Shown in pieces: positions 41,812 to 53,619 of a stretch of DNA of 64,000 bases. Location of the stretch: the NCBI GenBank assembly GCA_025786725.1, contig JAHLTZ010000038.1, positions 62,001 to 126,000 of the forward strand. Reading direction: 5' to 3'. The translations under genes were made by a program, and so were the position numbers. Each line of letters opens with the position of its first letter. Position 1 is the first letter of the stretch. The notes beneath the pieces were generated by a model, which searched no databases, had not been told where the DNA came from, and saw only the letters and a program-made list of their open reading frames with translations. Origin of the DNA: Syncephalis fuscata S228 (lineage: Eukaryota > Fungi > Zoopagomycota).

Positions 41812-42105
41812 ATCACTCTGCAAACTATTTGTTCTATTTGTTAGTTTTATTAATAAATATCAAATTTTAGTACAGCACAATAGTTTTATATATAAATAAT
41901 ACAGTAATGATATGTGCTATACCAATATTCACTGACGCATACTATTATGTTAAATAAAGGTCGCTATTACAATATAAATACTGTTTATTGTAAAGAATTA
42001 TGTTATTATATATTGTTACTCGAGCTTAAAAACTAAACATAATATCAGTGGCTTATTTAGATGATTGTTTTATTATTATTATAACATTTTATTAACTATT
42101 TAATA

Positions 42106-42505
42106 TGATTTGGGGTCAAATGACTAAATTTAATAACATTCGCGCAATTGAACTGCACATCAATCTATTGAACATGGGGACAAGTGGTGAGTTTGATTTA
42201 ATCATCACATTATTACATTATTGTGATTTGGTGGTCAAATGACTAACATTTAATAACATTCAACCTATTGAACATGAAACTAGGAGTAATTCACATCAGG
42301 GTCCAAAATACTCATCATCATAGATTTATTATCCAATATGCATATACCCGGTACACATATATCCTTAGTCATTATATTATTCCAATTCTATTCCATACTA
42401 CTATATATCATATAATGATATACTAGACGCATTCTATTGTTTATGTGTTCCAACACACTTTACTCAGTCCACTCATTACGTTATATGCACTATAACATGA
42501 ACATT
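42106..42505 (+). mobile_element. Inverted-repeat element copy 4, partial: extra module, arm and ~160 bp of core
   Basis: tggggtcaaatgacta (42111) and ttggtggtcaaatgacta (42228). The arm variant aaactaggagtaattcacatcagggtcc is identical to the right arm of copy 3. The core diverges after about 42500. Confidence 0.82.
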
Positions 42506-43061
42506 GCCATCTATGCACTTCACTTTGTTATTCTGTTCTATTATATACCACTTATATTCTAGCAGCTATGCTTTATTAATAAAAGCCATACACTTGCTAT
42601 TGGCTGCATTCGCCACAAACTACAAACTACTTTAATTCATCTGCTCATTACAGACATATATACACAATAACCGTTTCATTAATATTCACTTTATTTTTAT
42701 TGCTTGTTATTACTAATATATTAAAACAATATAGACCAGGTCAGTAATTAACTGAAATGGCATACCATTTTGGAATAAAAACCATCATTATAATATTAAT
42801 ACTGTTCAGTTAAGTAATATGTGTATTGTTTATTATAAAAGAAATACTGAAGGCTGGTATAATTACGCGAATATAAAGAACAAATATAAATTTAATAATA
42901 GGATGTGGTATTACTAGTTGTGGTGCAATGCAACTGCCCGTGTCAATAGCATAATAGTAACCAGCTGATAGTCATAATTATATATCGCCATAATAGACTG
43001 TAGATTCATTATTTTCCAGTTTTGTATCTACGTCATTTTCCTTTCTATTGACACTAGCACC

Positions 43062-44391
43062 ATGTCGGTCGACACCACCACAGCCTCCGAGACATCTACC
43101 AAGAGCACAGAATGCGTACTAGAAGCAAACAAACATGTTAAATTTATTCAAGAATTAGACACGGTAACTATAGACGATGAAGGCCAACTAACTAACTAAC
43201 ATACATATAAATCTAAATTATTTAGAAAAAAGACGATCTCTTTTATTGGCTAAGCGAGCATCTACGTGTTAACGGCGTCTATTGGGGCCTCACTGCATTG
43301 GAATTACTTGGTCAGCCTGAAGCACTTGATAAAAACGATGTTATTGCCTATATTCTAAGCTGCCAACAGCCGTCAGGTAAGTAGTCACTGAAGAAAGAAG
43401 ACACAGTATTTACGACGCTATTTTTATTACATGTCTAGGTGGATTTGGCGGTCATTTAGGCCATGATGCGCATTTATCCTGTACACTAAGCGCGGTTCAA
43501 GTACTTGTCATGCTCGATGCGTTAGATCGAGTGGATTGTGACAAAATTGCTCAGTGTAATTATACCGCATAAAGTTAAATGGAATGCCACACTATTAACA
43601 TTCGCAAATAAACAGATGTAGCCAATCTACAAGATACCACGACTGGGTCATTCACCGGCGATGAATGGGGCGAAATAGATACGCGATTCTCCTTCTCAGC
43701 CGTGGCATGTCTATCGCTGCTTCGTAAAATGGACGCTATAGATCTAGATAAAGCAACCGAGTTTGTACTTGCTTGTCAAAATCCTGATGGTGGATTTGGC
43801 AGTGTGCCAGGCGCAGAATCGCATGCTGGTCAAAGTAAATTAACAAATAGCATAATTTAGAATAGTGTTGTACTAATGGATTGTTTAGTCTTTTGCTGTG
43901 TGGGATTCTTATCGATGGTTGATAAGCTCAACCATGTAGATGTTGAAACACTCGGCTGGTGGCTATGTGAACGCCAGCTTGGCAATGGTGGTCTTAATGG
44001 CCGTCCTGAAAAGAAAGAAGATGTACGCATAGCATATTTATTAGATGTGCTTATATTTATTATATGTATAGGTATGCTATTCGTGGTGGGTCTTATCTTC
44101 GTTAAGCGTTATTAAAAAGTTGGACTGGATTGATCGTGATAAATTAATCGCTTTTATACTGCGCTGTCAAGATGAAGAGTCTGGTGGATTTGCCGATAGA
44201 GAAGGACATTATCCAGACGTATTTCACACATTATTTGGCATTGCTGGTAAGTCATTCATAATAAGCAAAATAACCGACTAATCACTATTTGTATAGGATT
44301 ATCATTATTAGGCTATGGCGATCTAAATCCAGTTGATCCTGTATACTGTATGCCATTATCACTTATTAAACGACTTGGATTACATAAATAA
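43062..44391 (+). CDS. BET2: Rab geranylgeranyltransferase (type II) beta subunit
   Basis: [90 protein letters not shown]. Confidence 0.97.
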
Positions 44392-44466
44392 TATTCATTA
44401 AATCAGTTAAACTACATTAATTCATATTTGTTGTTCAATAGTGTTATATTATTATTGTTACTGTTG

Positions 44467-46574
44467 TTAGACAAGATCATCATCATCATCGTTGGGTGGA
44501 GCACGCGGAAGAAATTCCGCATCAGGAGCAATACAATGAAAGATAGTACGGGCCTCTTTAACTGCATCATCAAAATCAAGTTCGGCACTTGGATCACCAC
44601 AGATATGAACACCTTGTGGGAGTCGAGTGGTTAGTGTCTCTGTTGCGGTTTGGCGTATTTGTTCTTTATATTGTGCAATATACATTGCTCGTGGTTTTAA
44701 TTCATTATCTAACATTATGATGTGTAATAACAGTTCATTAACAATGCAGTCTATTTTACGTATATCAATTGTACCTGATTGATCACTGTCCGGCAAACGG
44801 AATAGCTGCTTTTTACATAGATCCAGATCTTGTTGTGTTGTTTCGCTAGTCATAGTCCATATGTACAATATCCCTAGTGTTATAAATGATTAGCAGTCCA
44901 TAGCTGTAGTAATAACTATATACAACTTACAATAGCCCGATGGACAGGCCTGGGTATCCGAGTCAAGTTGCAAGGCAGCCACTGCGCGTTTATTACCCAA
45001 TGCTGAATTGGCTGGGAATGTAAATATAGATATTTTTTTTGACTCGATCATGGCTGGTGCATCAAGAATACAGATAATACGTGTCATGGTGGTGGCCATC
45101 TGACTCGTATCCATACTGTGCTGTACACTATTTCAGCGTTATAGCAATAAATGATTAGTTTAAATGTCAATTGAATTGTATACAGAACATACTCGTAAAT
45201 GTCTTCCAATTAGTGGGGAGATAATCAATAGCAGTGACTAGTGTATTAAATGTAATCTGTTGTCCATTCACTAAATGTGCTCCACTGATATGTTCACCAT
45301 TCTCTTCGCTATTAATATTGAATTGGGTAACATTCTGTCCAAGCATATAAGTACCGCCAAATACCGCACATACACTATACGAGGTACAACATTAATAAGC
45401 TAGCCATACTTGCCATTCACGTTTAACTTACCGACAGAAAGCTTGAATGATTTCACTGCCACCATAAACAGGACACAAAAAGGTGGATGCACCAAAACGA
45501 CCATAAGAGCGTAAATAGTCGCGTGTATAAGTGATACCCACATTGGCCCTTACTACAAAGCATTATATGGATATACTATGGTTAAAGCATTTACTAGACG
45601 TACCTGAATCAGCAAGCGGTGGTTTAAGCGTAACTGCATGTTCTACTGCCGCTGCAAGCCGATCATCAAGTTTAAAGTTTTCTTTTAGCCATTCACTATA
45701 CAATTGATGTTTATCGCCTGTATCGTTCTAGAGTTAATATATAATAATATCATGAATGACAATGTACCTTGAAGTATTTCTTCGTTGCCTTCATAGGCTG
45801 CTGCAAACATTAAAAACTTCATTAGTTTCCGCTTCTCAATTAGTGATAATGTATTGCTAGAAAATACGGCTTCTTTAGAACTTGGAATCTAGTTTATAGT
45901 GTTAAATATACTATAATTGCTATTAAATGGATAGCTTACCAGTTCTAACGAACTAGTAAATAGATAAATGGCATCTGTTAAACGGAAATCCAAATATTTG
46001 CCAATATCTGAGCTTATCAACAGATCTACTAATTCTCCATTAGATGCTAGTAATTTGGGTGCCAATTCCAAATTAAATCGTCGTGAATTGCTAATAAGCT
46101 GATCCATATTGGTTGTATCTAGCTTTGGAGCTGATTCATCCATTGATGCATCGTTATCGTTTGATGGCCATTCCAAGACTTGGGCTGTTACTTTGGCATA
46201 CCGCTGTATATTGGTCTTGTTAAATGTAGGCGCCAATGATGAATCTGTCGCTTGAGTAGATAGCGTATTGGCTACAATTGTAACAAAATTAATAACACTA
46301 GCAACTATTTAACCACGACTAGCTATACAAACCTTGTCTTTCCTCTAGCCATGTTTGTAAGTCTTTGTAGTTAAAGGCGGCCCAATTGCCACCGTAATAG
46401 TCATTGGCATCAAGGTGAAGAACCGACTTGCCGGCTTGTGCCAATGCGCTTTACTAGTTATTAGCACTTACGAGTAGCTGTGTTATCCATAGTCGCTTAC
46501 GCTGCTACAATAGATTCCACTAGGCCAGTGCCCAGCAAGAGCACATCGTATTGAGTCTTGTCCAGTTGATACAT
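44467..46574 (-). CDS. MRS6: Rab escort protein (REP/CHM; Rab GGTase component A)
   Basis: YDVLLLGTGLVESIVAA, VLHLDANDYYGG, RRFNLELAPKLL, FLCPVYGGSEIIQAFCR..AVFGG; REP-type tail LDFDDAVKEARTIF..EFLPRAP. Confidence 0.92.
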
Positions 46575-46840
46575 GTTTTTATAGACACCAAGTGTAATTA
46601 CAATAGTAGTAAAAGGAGTATGAATCTAGAAAGCGACGACGTCAACTATACTGCGGCACTAACTGTGATGATGTACCACGTGACACACTACTGAACAAAA
46701 TGTACATTTTACTACAATATAATGGATTATGTAGATTTGAGCACTAAATAGTTTATTTACTTCGATATTTATGTATGTGTATAATAGAGTTTAAATTAAT
46801 TAAAAGCATTTGATAAGTAGCAAATTATTTTACATCACTT

Positions 46841-48298
46841 TTAGGCATCATTATCATCATTATCTTGTTCATCGGTTGCCGTCTGGCTAATTATATCTTC
46901 AATTGGTGGGTGCTGATCTGACGGTGTAAATGGATGAAATGTAAATATAATACCCGCTGGATCCAGTACATTTGTTCTTCTGTTTCTGTTGGAATTTGGT
47001 CTAGATAATGCCTGAGATTGTACACCTACGTAGGATGATTCTGAAGGTGATAGTTCACTATTAAATGGATTGGAGTACATTGCACTACCACTTGCTGCAT
47101 CACATCTGGTGACATCTGCACCTAGATAGTCGTCGCCCGAGCCCATACCTTTGCTGAAAACACGAGTAGATTGTAATCCCGCATTATTATACGAGTATAA
47201 ATTTGTTTTGGCCAGCTCTTTGTCTATACTATCAATATGGCCAATACGGGGAGGCATGGGAAGGGTGCTGGTGACGCTGTAATATTCCGGCGACGATTCC
47301 TGATAAGAACTGTCGCGTTTTACATAGGCCCGCGTATTCTGTTCTAGTGTGTAGAATATCAATCCCATATACGATGGAAATGCTATACCGTAGCCACCTA
47401 TATACACTATTAAACCAAACCATATGTATTTAAAAAAAAGTGGCGTAAATGCAGACGCAGTAATAGCCATACCGCAGCCAGTGATCAACGAGCATAGAAG
47501 AATTGTAAAAACTCGTAAAAATCGCCTTGCTGCCTTTATTTCGTCGCCATCAACAATGGCTGATTCGTTATGGCGATGAAGATGTGCCCGAATAACTCTA
47601 CTAAACTTGTAGCAATAATAAATTGAAATCATAGTTAAAGCGAAAAGTGATGTAGCCAGCGATAGTGATAACAGAACATTGCCCAAATCATGATAGCGAA
47701 GATGCCCATAATCGCGTAGCCATCCAAACCAAACGTTGGTCGCCATAACAAAAACGAATTGAAATACATAAAAGACTATGGAAGTCCAATAGATGCAACA
47801 GGCCGATGGAACATAAATTAGCATATCGCTATGACTTGAATGGCTACTATTGTCAAACCAATTGTGCATCGAATGATTGCTAAATTCCTTTGGTATATGG
47901 CTAATAATACCGCTGGCCAACATGGCAATCGCCACAACGTAAGTGTAGAGTGCAAGGGCATTGAATACACCCCGCACTATCCAACTAGGTGGCCAATCGA
48001 ACAAGGTGATCATATACTTTATCAAGTGGAAGATATTGGCAACACAGCAAGCTATGGAGAATGCCTCCATATAGTTGGGTAGCCAGTAGCCGTCAACCAT
48101 ACGGAATATGGATATAGGGAAGCCAAGATTTTTACGCGCTGTAAATACATAAATACCGTAAATGGTTACAATAGCAGTGGTGGTACAGCATCCAATAAGA
48201 CTGTAGAATGTCACGGTACTGCCGTTACAATCATAAGTATTCATGTAAATGTCGCATGCCTTTACCACTTCATTTTGGTCGCTATCTAATAACTTCAT
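46841..48298 (-). CDS. Intronless seven-transmembrane protein (GPCR-like topology), family unknown
   Basis: Long ORF with seven ~22-aa hydrophobic segments and a Ser-rich hydrophilic C-terminal tail; first in-frame ATG at 48298. Confidence 0.75.
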   Translation of the reverse strand: MKLLDSDQNEVVKACDIYMNTYDCNGSTVTFYSLIGCCTTTAIVTIYGIYVFTARKNLGFPISIFRMVDGYWLPNYMEAFSIACCVANIFHLIKYMITLFDWPPSWIVRGVFNALALYTYVVAIAMLASGIISHIPKEFSNHSMHNWFDNSSHSSHSDMLIYVPSACCIYWTSIVFYVFQFVFVMATNVWFGWLRDYGHLRYHDLGNVLLSLSLATSLFALTMISIYYCYKFSRVIRAHLHRHNESAIVDGDEIKAARRFLRVFTILLCSLITGCGMAITASAFTPLFFKYIWFGLIVYIGGYGIAFPSYMGLIFYTLEQNTRAYVKRDSSYQESSPEYYSVTSTLPMPPRIGHIDSIDKELAKTNLYSYNNAGLQSTRVFSKGMGSGDDYLGADVTRCDAASGSAMYSNPFNSELSPSESSYVGVQSQALSRPNSNRNRRTNVLDPAGIIFTFHPFTPSDQHPPIEDIISQTATDEQDNDDNDA

Positions 48299-49072
48299 CG
48301 TTGAGTGGGCCGACTGCACTGACAGTCGTGTAAATGAACAACGAAATACATACACATAAAATAATAACAATAATGGATGGGGCGATATATTCGCTACACA
48401 GGTTCACTACCTGTAAAAATTAAACAACAACAACAACAATAAAATGATACAAAAGCTAAACAGGCCGACGTTGTAGGCAGACAGCCATTTTGGTTAAACG
48501 ATAGGCGAAACTTGTCGCGCCACTTACCCGGGCCGTAATCATGTGGAGGGGAGCAACAATGCAACAAGTATGCTGCATATCATACACTGCAGAATTATAA
48601 TCAATGACCATTGCTCAGGCAATATGTATCATAACCAGTTTACGACTATTTTATCTTCCAACACGTGCACATTTTCAAAGCAATATATTTCTATATGTTT
48701 CTATCAAAGCTATTCCGCATATATGAATATTCTATTTTTGTCATATATTAATGCCGATATCCGGTATTGTTGCTAATTAACTGATTAGCTTTCTTTTATG
48801 CCATCTAATAGACTTTAAACTATTAATTATTATAAATATACAAAATACCTGATATCATGTAATTATTATGAATTATATTATAAATAAATGATTGATATCA
48901 TGGATAATACTAATATTTATTGAATATTATTCTGCTGAAATAACAAAATAACAACAACGATACAAAAGAAACAGTGTAAAGCTTTAAAACAAAAAGAAAT
49001 AACAAATCCCCTTACTAGACACACACACACACACACACACAAACACATATATAAGTCAGCTCAATTTGCAAA

Positions 49073-50529
49073 TTAAAACATTTCGTTGGCTATTTCACCA
49101 TCTTGTTCCATGGCCAATGGATCGATACCTTCTGGCTCGGTGGGTACAAGCGATGTAACAAACGTTGTTAAGGCCCGTTCTATTTGTCCCCATCTTGATG
49201 CCGGTAGTACTGGTGTATCTGTCGTTGTTGTTTCCGAGTCTGTTGTAGTATGGGTCGCATCAGCTCGATTTGCTTGTTGTTGCTCTGCTGCATCGTTCTG
49301 TCTTGCCGACGGCAATAATTGGCGGCAATGAGACCACCATTCTTGTAGAAAGTTTAGTCGGTCTGTTTGATAAAGAAAGATTACAAGTGCGATAAAATGA
49401 ACCATAAACATTTGGCCGATATCGGCATTCTGAGAAAAGATGTAGGAGAAAAAGGCCAACTTGACTAGTAACCAGAAATGTGCTACACGCTCATTCTGCT
49501 GTCGTTCCTCGGCCTCTTGGTCCCGTTGCAACTGTTCTGCCTCTCGTTCACGGCGTCGGGCCTCGGCCTCGGCCTCTACCTCATTTTCGATACGTTGCCG
49601 TTCATTTGCCGTTATTAAAGGTGTTGCTATCGATGATGATGAACTTGTTTCTCTCACATTAGGTACATGGTGCATGCTGTATGAACGATTGACAAGCAGT
49701 GTTGGCTTGACCATAATCTGTCCCAGTGTAGTGGATGACGATGATGATGTCCATGCGTCTATATTATTCAATTCATGCTGTTGGCTATTTATCGTCATAG
49801 TTTCCCTGTTCTCTTGTAACAATGATTGCGATACCATTGTTTGAACAAGAGAATTTACATTCAAATTGGGATTTGGTACATTTGGAGTAGAATTAGATAC
49901 TTGCAATAGATAACGAACACCGAATAACGTGACTGTATGATAAGTATGCTGAGAGGTTGTTGCAGCAATTCTATCATCGTTAACAGCCAAGTCACCTGTT
50001 GTACCAACGGCTGCTTGTGTAGTTTGCGTATCATTACTGTTATTATTTACTGCACTTGTGCATGCAGTCGAGGTGGTCATAGCTGCACTGCCATGTCCTC
50101 GCCGCCGCATGGTTGAAGTGTGCTCGACACGCTGTTCTATAATAGGCCGTTTACCTAATGCTGTCGACGATAATGACGTACTACGGTCGACAGGTCGTTT
50201 GGATACCATATGAAATGTCTGCAACATACTTGTGTCCTAAGCACCAATGCATGCGTAATCAGTACATGCTCTATGCACTGTACAAGATAGCTTACCTTTA
50301 ATATGGCCGCCAGCGGCTGTTCATCGGTTAGAATACGTCCTTGGTAGATAAGATGCAAATCGGTAGACCGTAAAGGTTTAACCATAGCGGTACTTGCTAG
50401 TTCCTCTTTGAGTTGCAAGATATGGCTATCGTGCTGCACCGATACTTGAAAGTCATCGGGCAAGTCTAGTACGGGTGAGCGGATACGCACCGTCAGAAGA
50501 GCAGCTGGATCGCTATGAGTGTCGTTCAT
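49073..50529 (-). CDS. HERP/Usa1-like ERAD membrane protein with an N-terminal ubiquitin-like domain (2 exons)
   Basis: UBL (ILQLKEEL..LHLIYQGRILTD..TFHMV); hydrophobic hairpin FWLLVKLAFFSYIFS..IALVIFLYQ; C-terminal LTTFVTSLVP motif typical of HERP-family proteins. Confidence 0.78.
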
Positions 50530-52111
50530 CGTCAACGATTCGACCAATGTATGCAGCAAAGTCCGTGAAGAAAAAGTAGTCACTGAGTGATCAAGCTGAA
50601 GCAGGTGAGTAGAGATATAAAGGTAACTGAACGGATACTAACGAGAGTGAAGCAACGAGAAAAGATAAGCGTAGGATCAGATGAGTAGTGTGAAAAAGAA
50701 TAGTATTGATAGTAGTAGAAGTAGTAGCTATGCTATAGTAACAGTTGGGAAAGGAGATGGATATACGCTGTTTGATCATAACTAAATTAGCCTTTACCAT
50801 ACAAATCCACCAACCAACAATCGCCAGGTATAATTGTTTTGGGCTAATATGAAACCAGTTTCAATCCGAATTTGGCTAATTCTAATTGATTTAGGATTAG
50901 TAAAACGTGTCTAAAAATAGTTGCACTCTGCACAAGAAAGTTCTTATTACTGCAAAATGTCATTCGGCCTATTAAACATTTTTGGCCTATATTTACGCCT
51001 TTCTGGGCATTGTTCTTGTTGGCGCGGTTGTTCAAGGAAGTGGATTCAAGTGTGTCGCCTGCGCTGGCATAACATATGCCTTGTAAGTGTTTCATCAGTC
51101 ACTTTCTTATCCCATTTTCTAAACAACGCCACTATAATTACACGAATAAAAGTGTGGAGTTTTAAACAAATAGCTATCGCTTCGGATATTAGACTAGCCG
51201 AATATGGCTGGCCTCGTTCTATATTCGAGCGCACTATTCTCTGTGACGCCTTTTGCCACCCGCCTGCGACATTTTAGCCATTGGCCCTTCCATTGCCAAC
51301 ATTTCCTCCGATTTCCAAATAGAATAATATTCGCTCAAATGGACATCTTATTACACATCCGTCACTATTCGTTAGTATGATGAATTGATTAACCGACCCA
51401 CCCCATTACCATACACACACTTTCACACACACTAATGCAGAATAAAAGAATAAATCGACCGTTCTAAATAGCGTGCATAACATCATTTGTCATCTATTAA
51501 TGACACACGCTGCTTATCCAAAGGCCGGCCAACCGTGCCGACAGCACAAGATCTATTTTGACGTAATCGCCAAGAATCAAGCCTGCCCATTTGCTGACAA
51601 AGGTTGCTATTTTTTACCATCACAAACGGCGAATCAAGCTCACCCGACAAGCCGAGCCGGTATCGGAAAAGTATCTTCTGCCGTGTGTGCCGTGTCGACC
51701 GGTTGCTGCAGCAGAGAGAAAGTGTGTTGGAGAGTCCATGAAGTGTGTGACAAGTCTTGCGTCCTTTTTTGGCTAGGTTCAATTTTGGCCGGGATCTCCG
51801 AAGAATGAGCAATTTTTAGACCAATCAATACGGCGTCAGAATGAGAAAACGAGGCCTTTCCCCGTGATGGCACTGATATGTGTAATTCATTCCAAACGAA
51901 ATTACCGCTCTTGGCATCAAAATAACGACGGTTTCGATATATAAACGACTGTGTTTGCGTCAAATTGGTTAGCATCGCCATTAGCATTATTTCTTTAAAA
52001 TCAAGCTTCTTTTTATTTTATTTCATTCAAACCTTAACTTCTTTTTTGCCTTCTGCCTGATTGATACGAGTCATTGTCAGTGTACGCCATTTATCTACGT
52101 CTACCACATCT

Positions 52112-53047
52112 ATGAGCTCGTTTACTCTTACTCCTTCTTCTTCTTCTTCTTCTTCTTGTGCTAGCGATTGTCTACCACTTCCTTCATCGATGCATCATTA
52201 TTACGCCATGCCTTCGCCACCACTAGCACCAGTGCATCATTCGTTGAATGGGCCGGCTGATATGAGTGCACGTAGCGTTCGTCTACCCTCTATCACTGAA
52301 GCGCTTGGCGATTTGTTACGCCCTTCAGTTCACAATGAGCCGCACCAACAACAGCACTACCATTCAATGACCATTGATACTGATCAAAACAAGTATCATA
52401 GCCATGAACGGGCACTTACTCCATCCAGTCCCGAAATGCACATGCCTTACCACCACCAACAGCCGCATGCTAGCCCTTCGGCGCTATTATTGACTCATGC
52501 ATCACCGCTTAAATTTGGACAGACCGAAAATAGCCTATCACCACTATCTGACCGTATTTGTCCACCTACCCCACCACCACCTGTACTCGCTTCGGCCACG
52601 CCAATGGCCAAGACTAATTATAGCCATGGTACAGTCTCACCCATGTTGCCTTCAGTCACATTGACAGCGCCAAATTCGCTGTCCGTGCCATTGCCATCCT
52701 CCCCCAATGGCCATGGTCACACCGTCGATAACATGACGTTGTATGATGAAGATGACCATGACCAACATGCCAATAGCGGCGTTACCTTTGTTGCCAATTC
52801 AGGAGTGGCTCACAAGAAGCGTCCACGTCGCCGTCCAAATGAAATTGAGCGTCTATACACCTGTGTTCATTCGGGCTGCACCAAGGCTTATGGCACACTG
52901 AATCATCTCAATGCTCATGTAGCAATGCAACGACATGGTGCCAAGCGACTTCCTAGTGAATTTGAAGCCATTCGCAAACATCATCGTGCCGTCAAGCTAC
53001 ACCAGCTACAGCAGCGTACTATTATGCAATCTGCACACTCTTCCTAA
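52112..53047 (+). CDS. Con7-type single C2H2 zinc-finger transcription factor
   Basis: KRPRRRPNEIERLYTCVHSGCTKAYGTLNHLNAHVAMQRHGAKRLPSEF matches the fungal Con7 finger; LPSI motif and P/S/H-rich N-terminus. Confidence 0.85.
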   Translation: MSSFTLTPSSSSSSSCASDCLPLPSSMHHYYAMPSPPLAPVHHSLNGPADMSARSVRLPSITEALGDLLRPSVHNEPHQQQHYHSMTIDTDQNKYHSHERALTPSSPEMHMPYHHQQPHASPSALLLTHASPLKFGQTENSLSPLSDRICPPTPPPPVLASATPMAKTNYSHGTVSPMLPSVTLTAPNSLSVPLPSSPNGHGHTVDNMTLYDEDDHDQHANSGVTFVANSGVAHKKRPRRRPNEIERLYTCVHSGCTKAYGTLNHLNAHVAMQRHGAKRLPSEFEAIRKHHRAVKLHQLQQRTIMQSAHSS

Positions 53048-53619
53048 TGTTATCCTACTATTCTGTTATTTTGTTTTGAATCGTATCAACTGACTCTGTC
53101 TTTGACACGATCTTGTATTCTACCTGCATATTAGCTAGCAGTATTTATAATAGCTATCACGTATAGTTACCATCTTGGCAGTTGCGATGATTGTACTATC
53201 ATTAGTGAAACTAAAATAAAATCTAAATTGTCGCTTAATCATTTAGCCTGTTCTAAAGTTTGTTCTGTACAGTATGTTTGAAATAACACGTGTGTCTGTT
53301 CTACACTATCGGCCAATATTGACAGATGGGCCGATAACTATTTTTATCATCGGTCCGTGACAACATTGACTTTCTTGTTTAGTAATAATATATTGATAGC
53401 TAATTAATGATAGTCAATACACAACTACACACCCACACACACACTGTATGAGTGATAAAGACAATTAGCTGTGACGTAAGTGTTTATTGGACATTCACTC
53501 AAACTGCGATACTGATGTGATGATGACGATATTATTTACTCCTTATCTTTCAATCATACAGAGCGTGTTCTTTTCAACTAGCTACCCTCTATACAGTCTG
53601 TTGCATTCGTTATTCTATC

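Noticed and set aside
50591-51987. Several overlapping 60-120 aa ORFs between the HERP-like and Con7-like genes
   Set aside because: No motifs, mostly non-ATG starts; the region is best read as a divergent promoter and UTRs.
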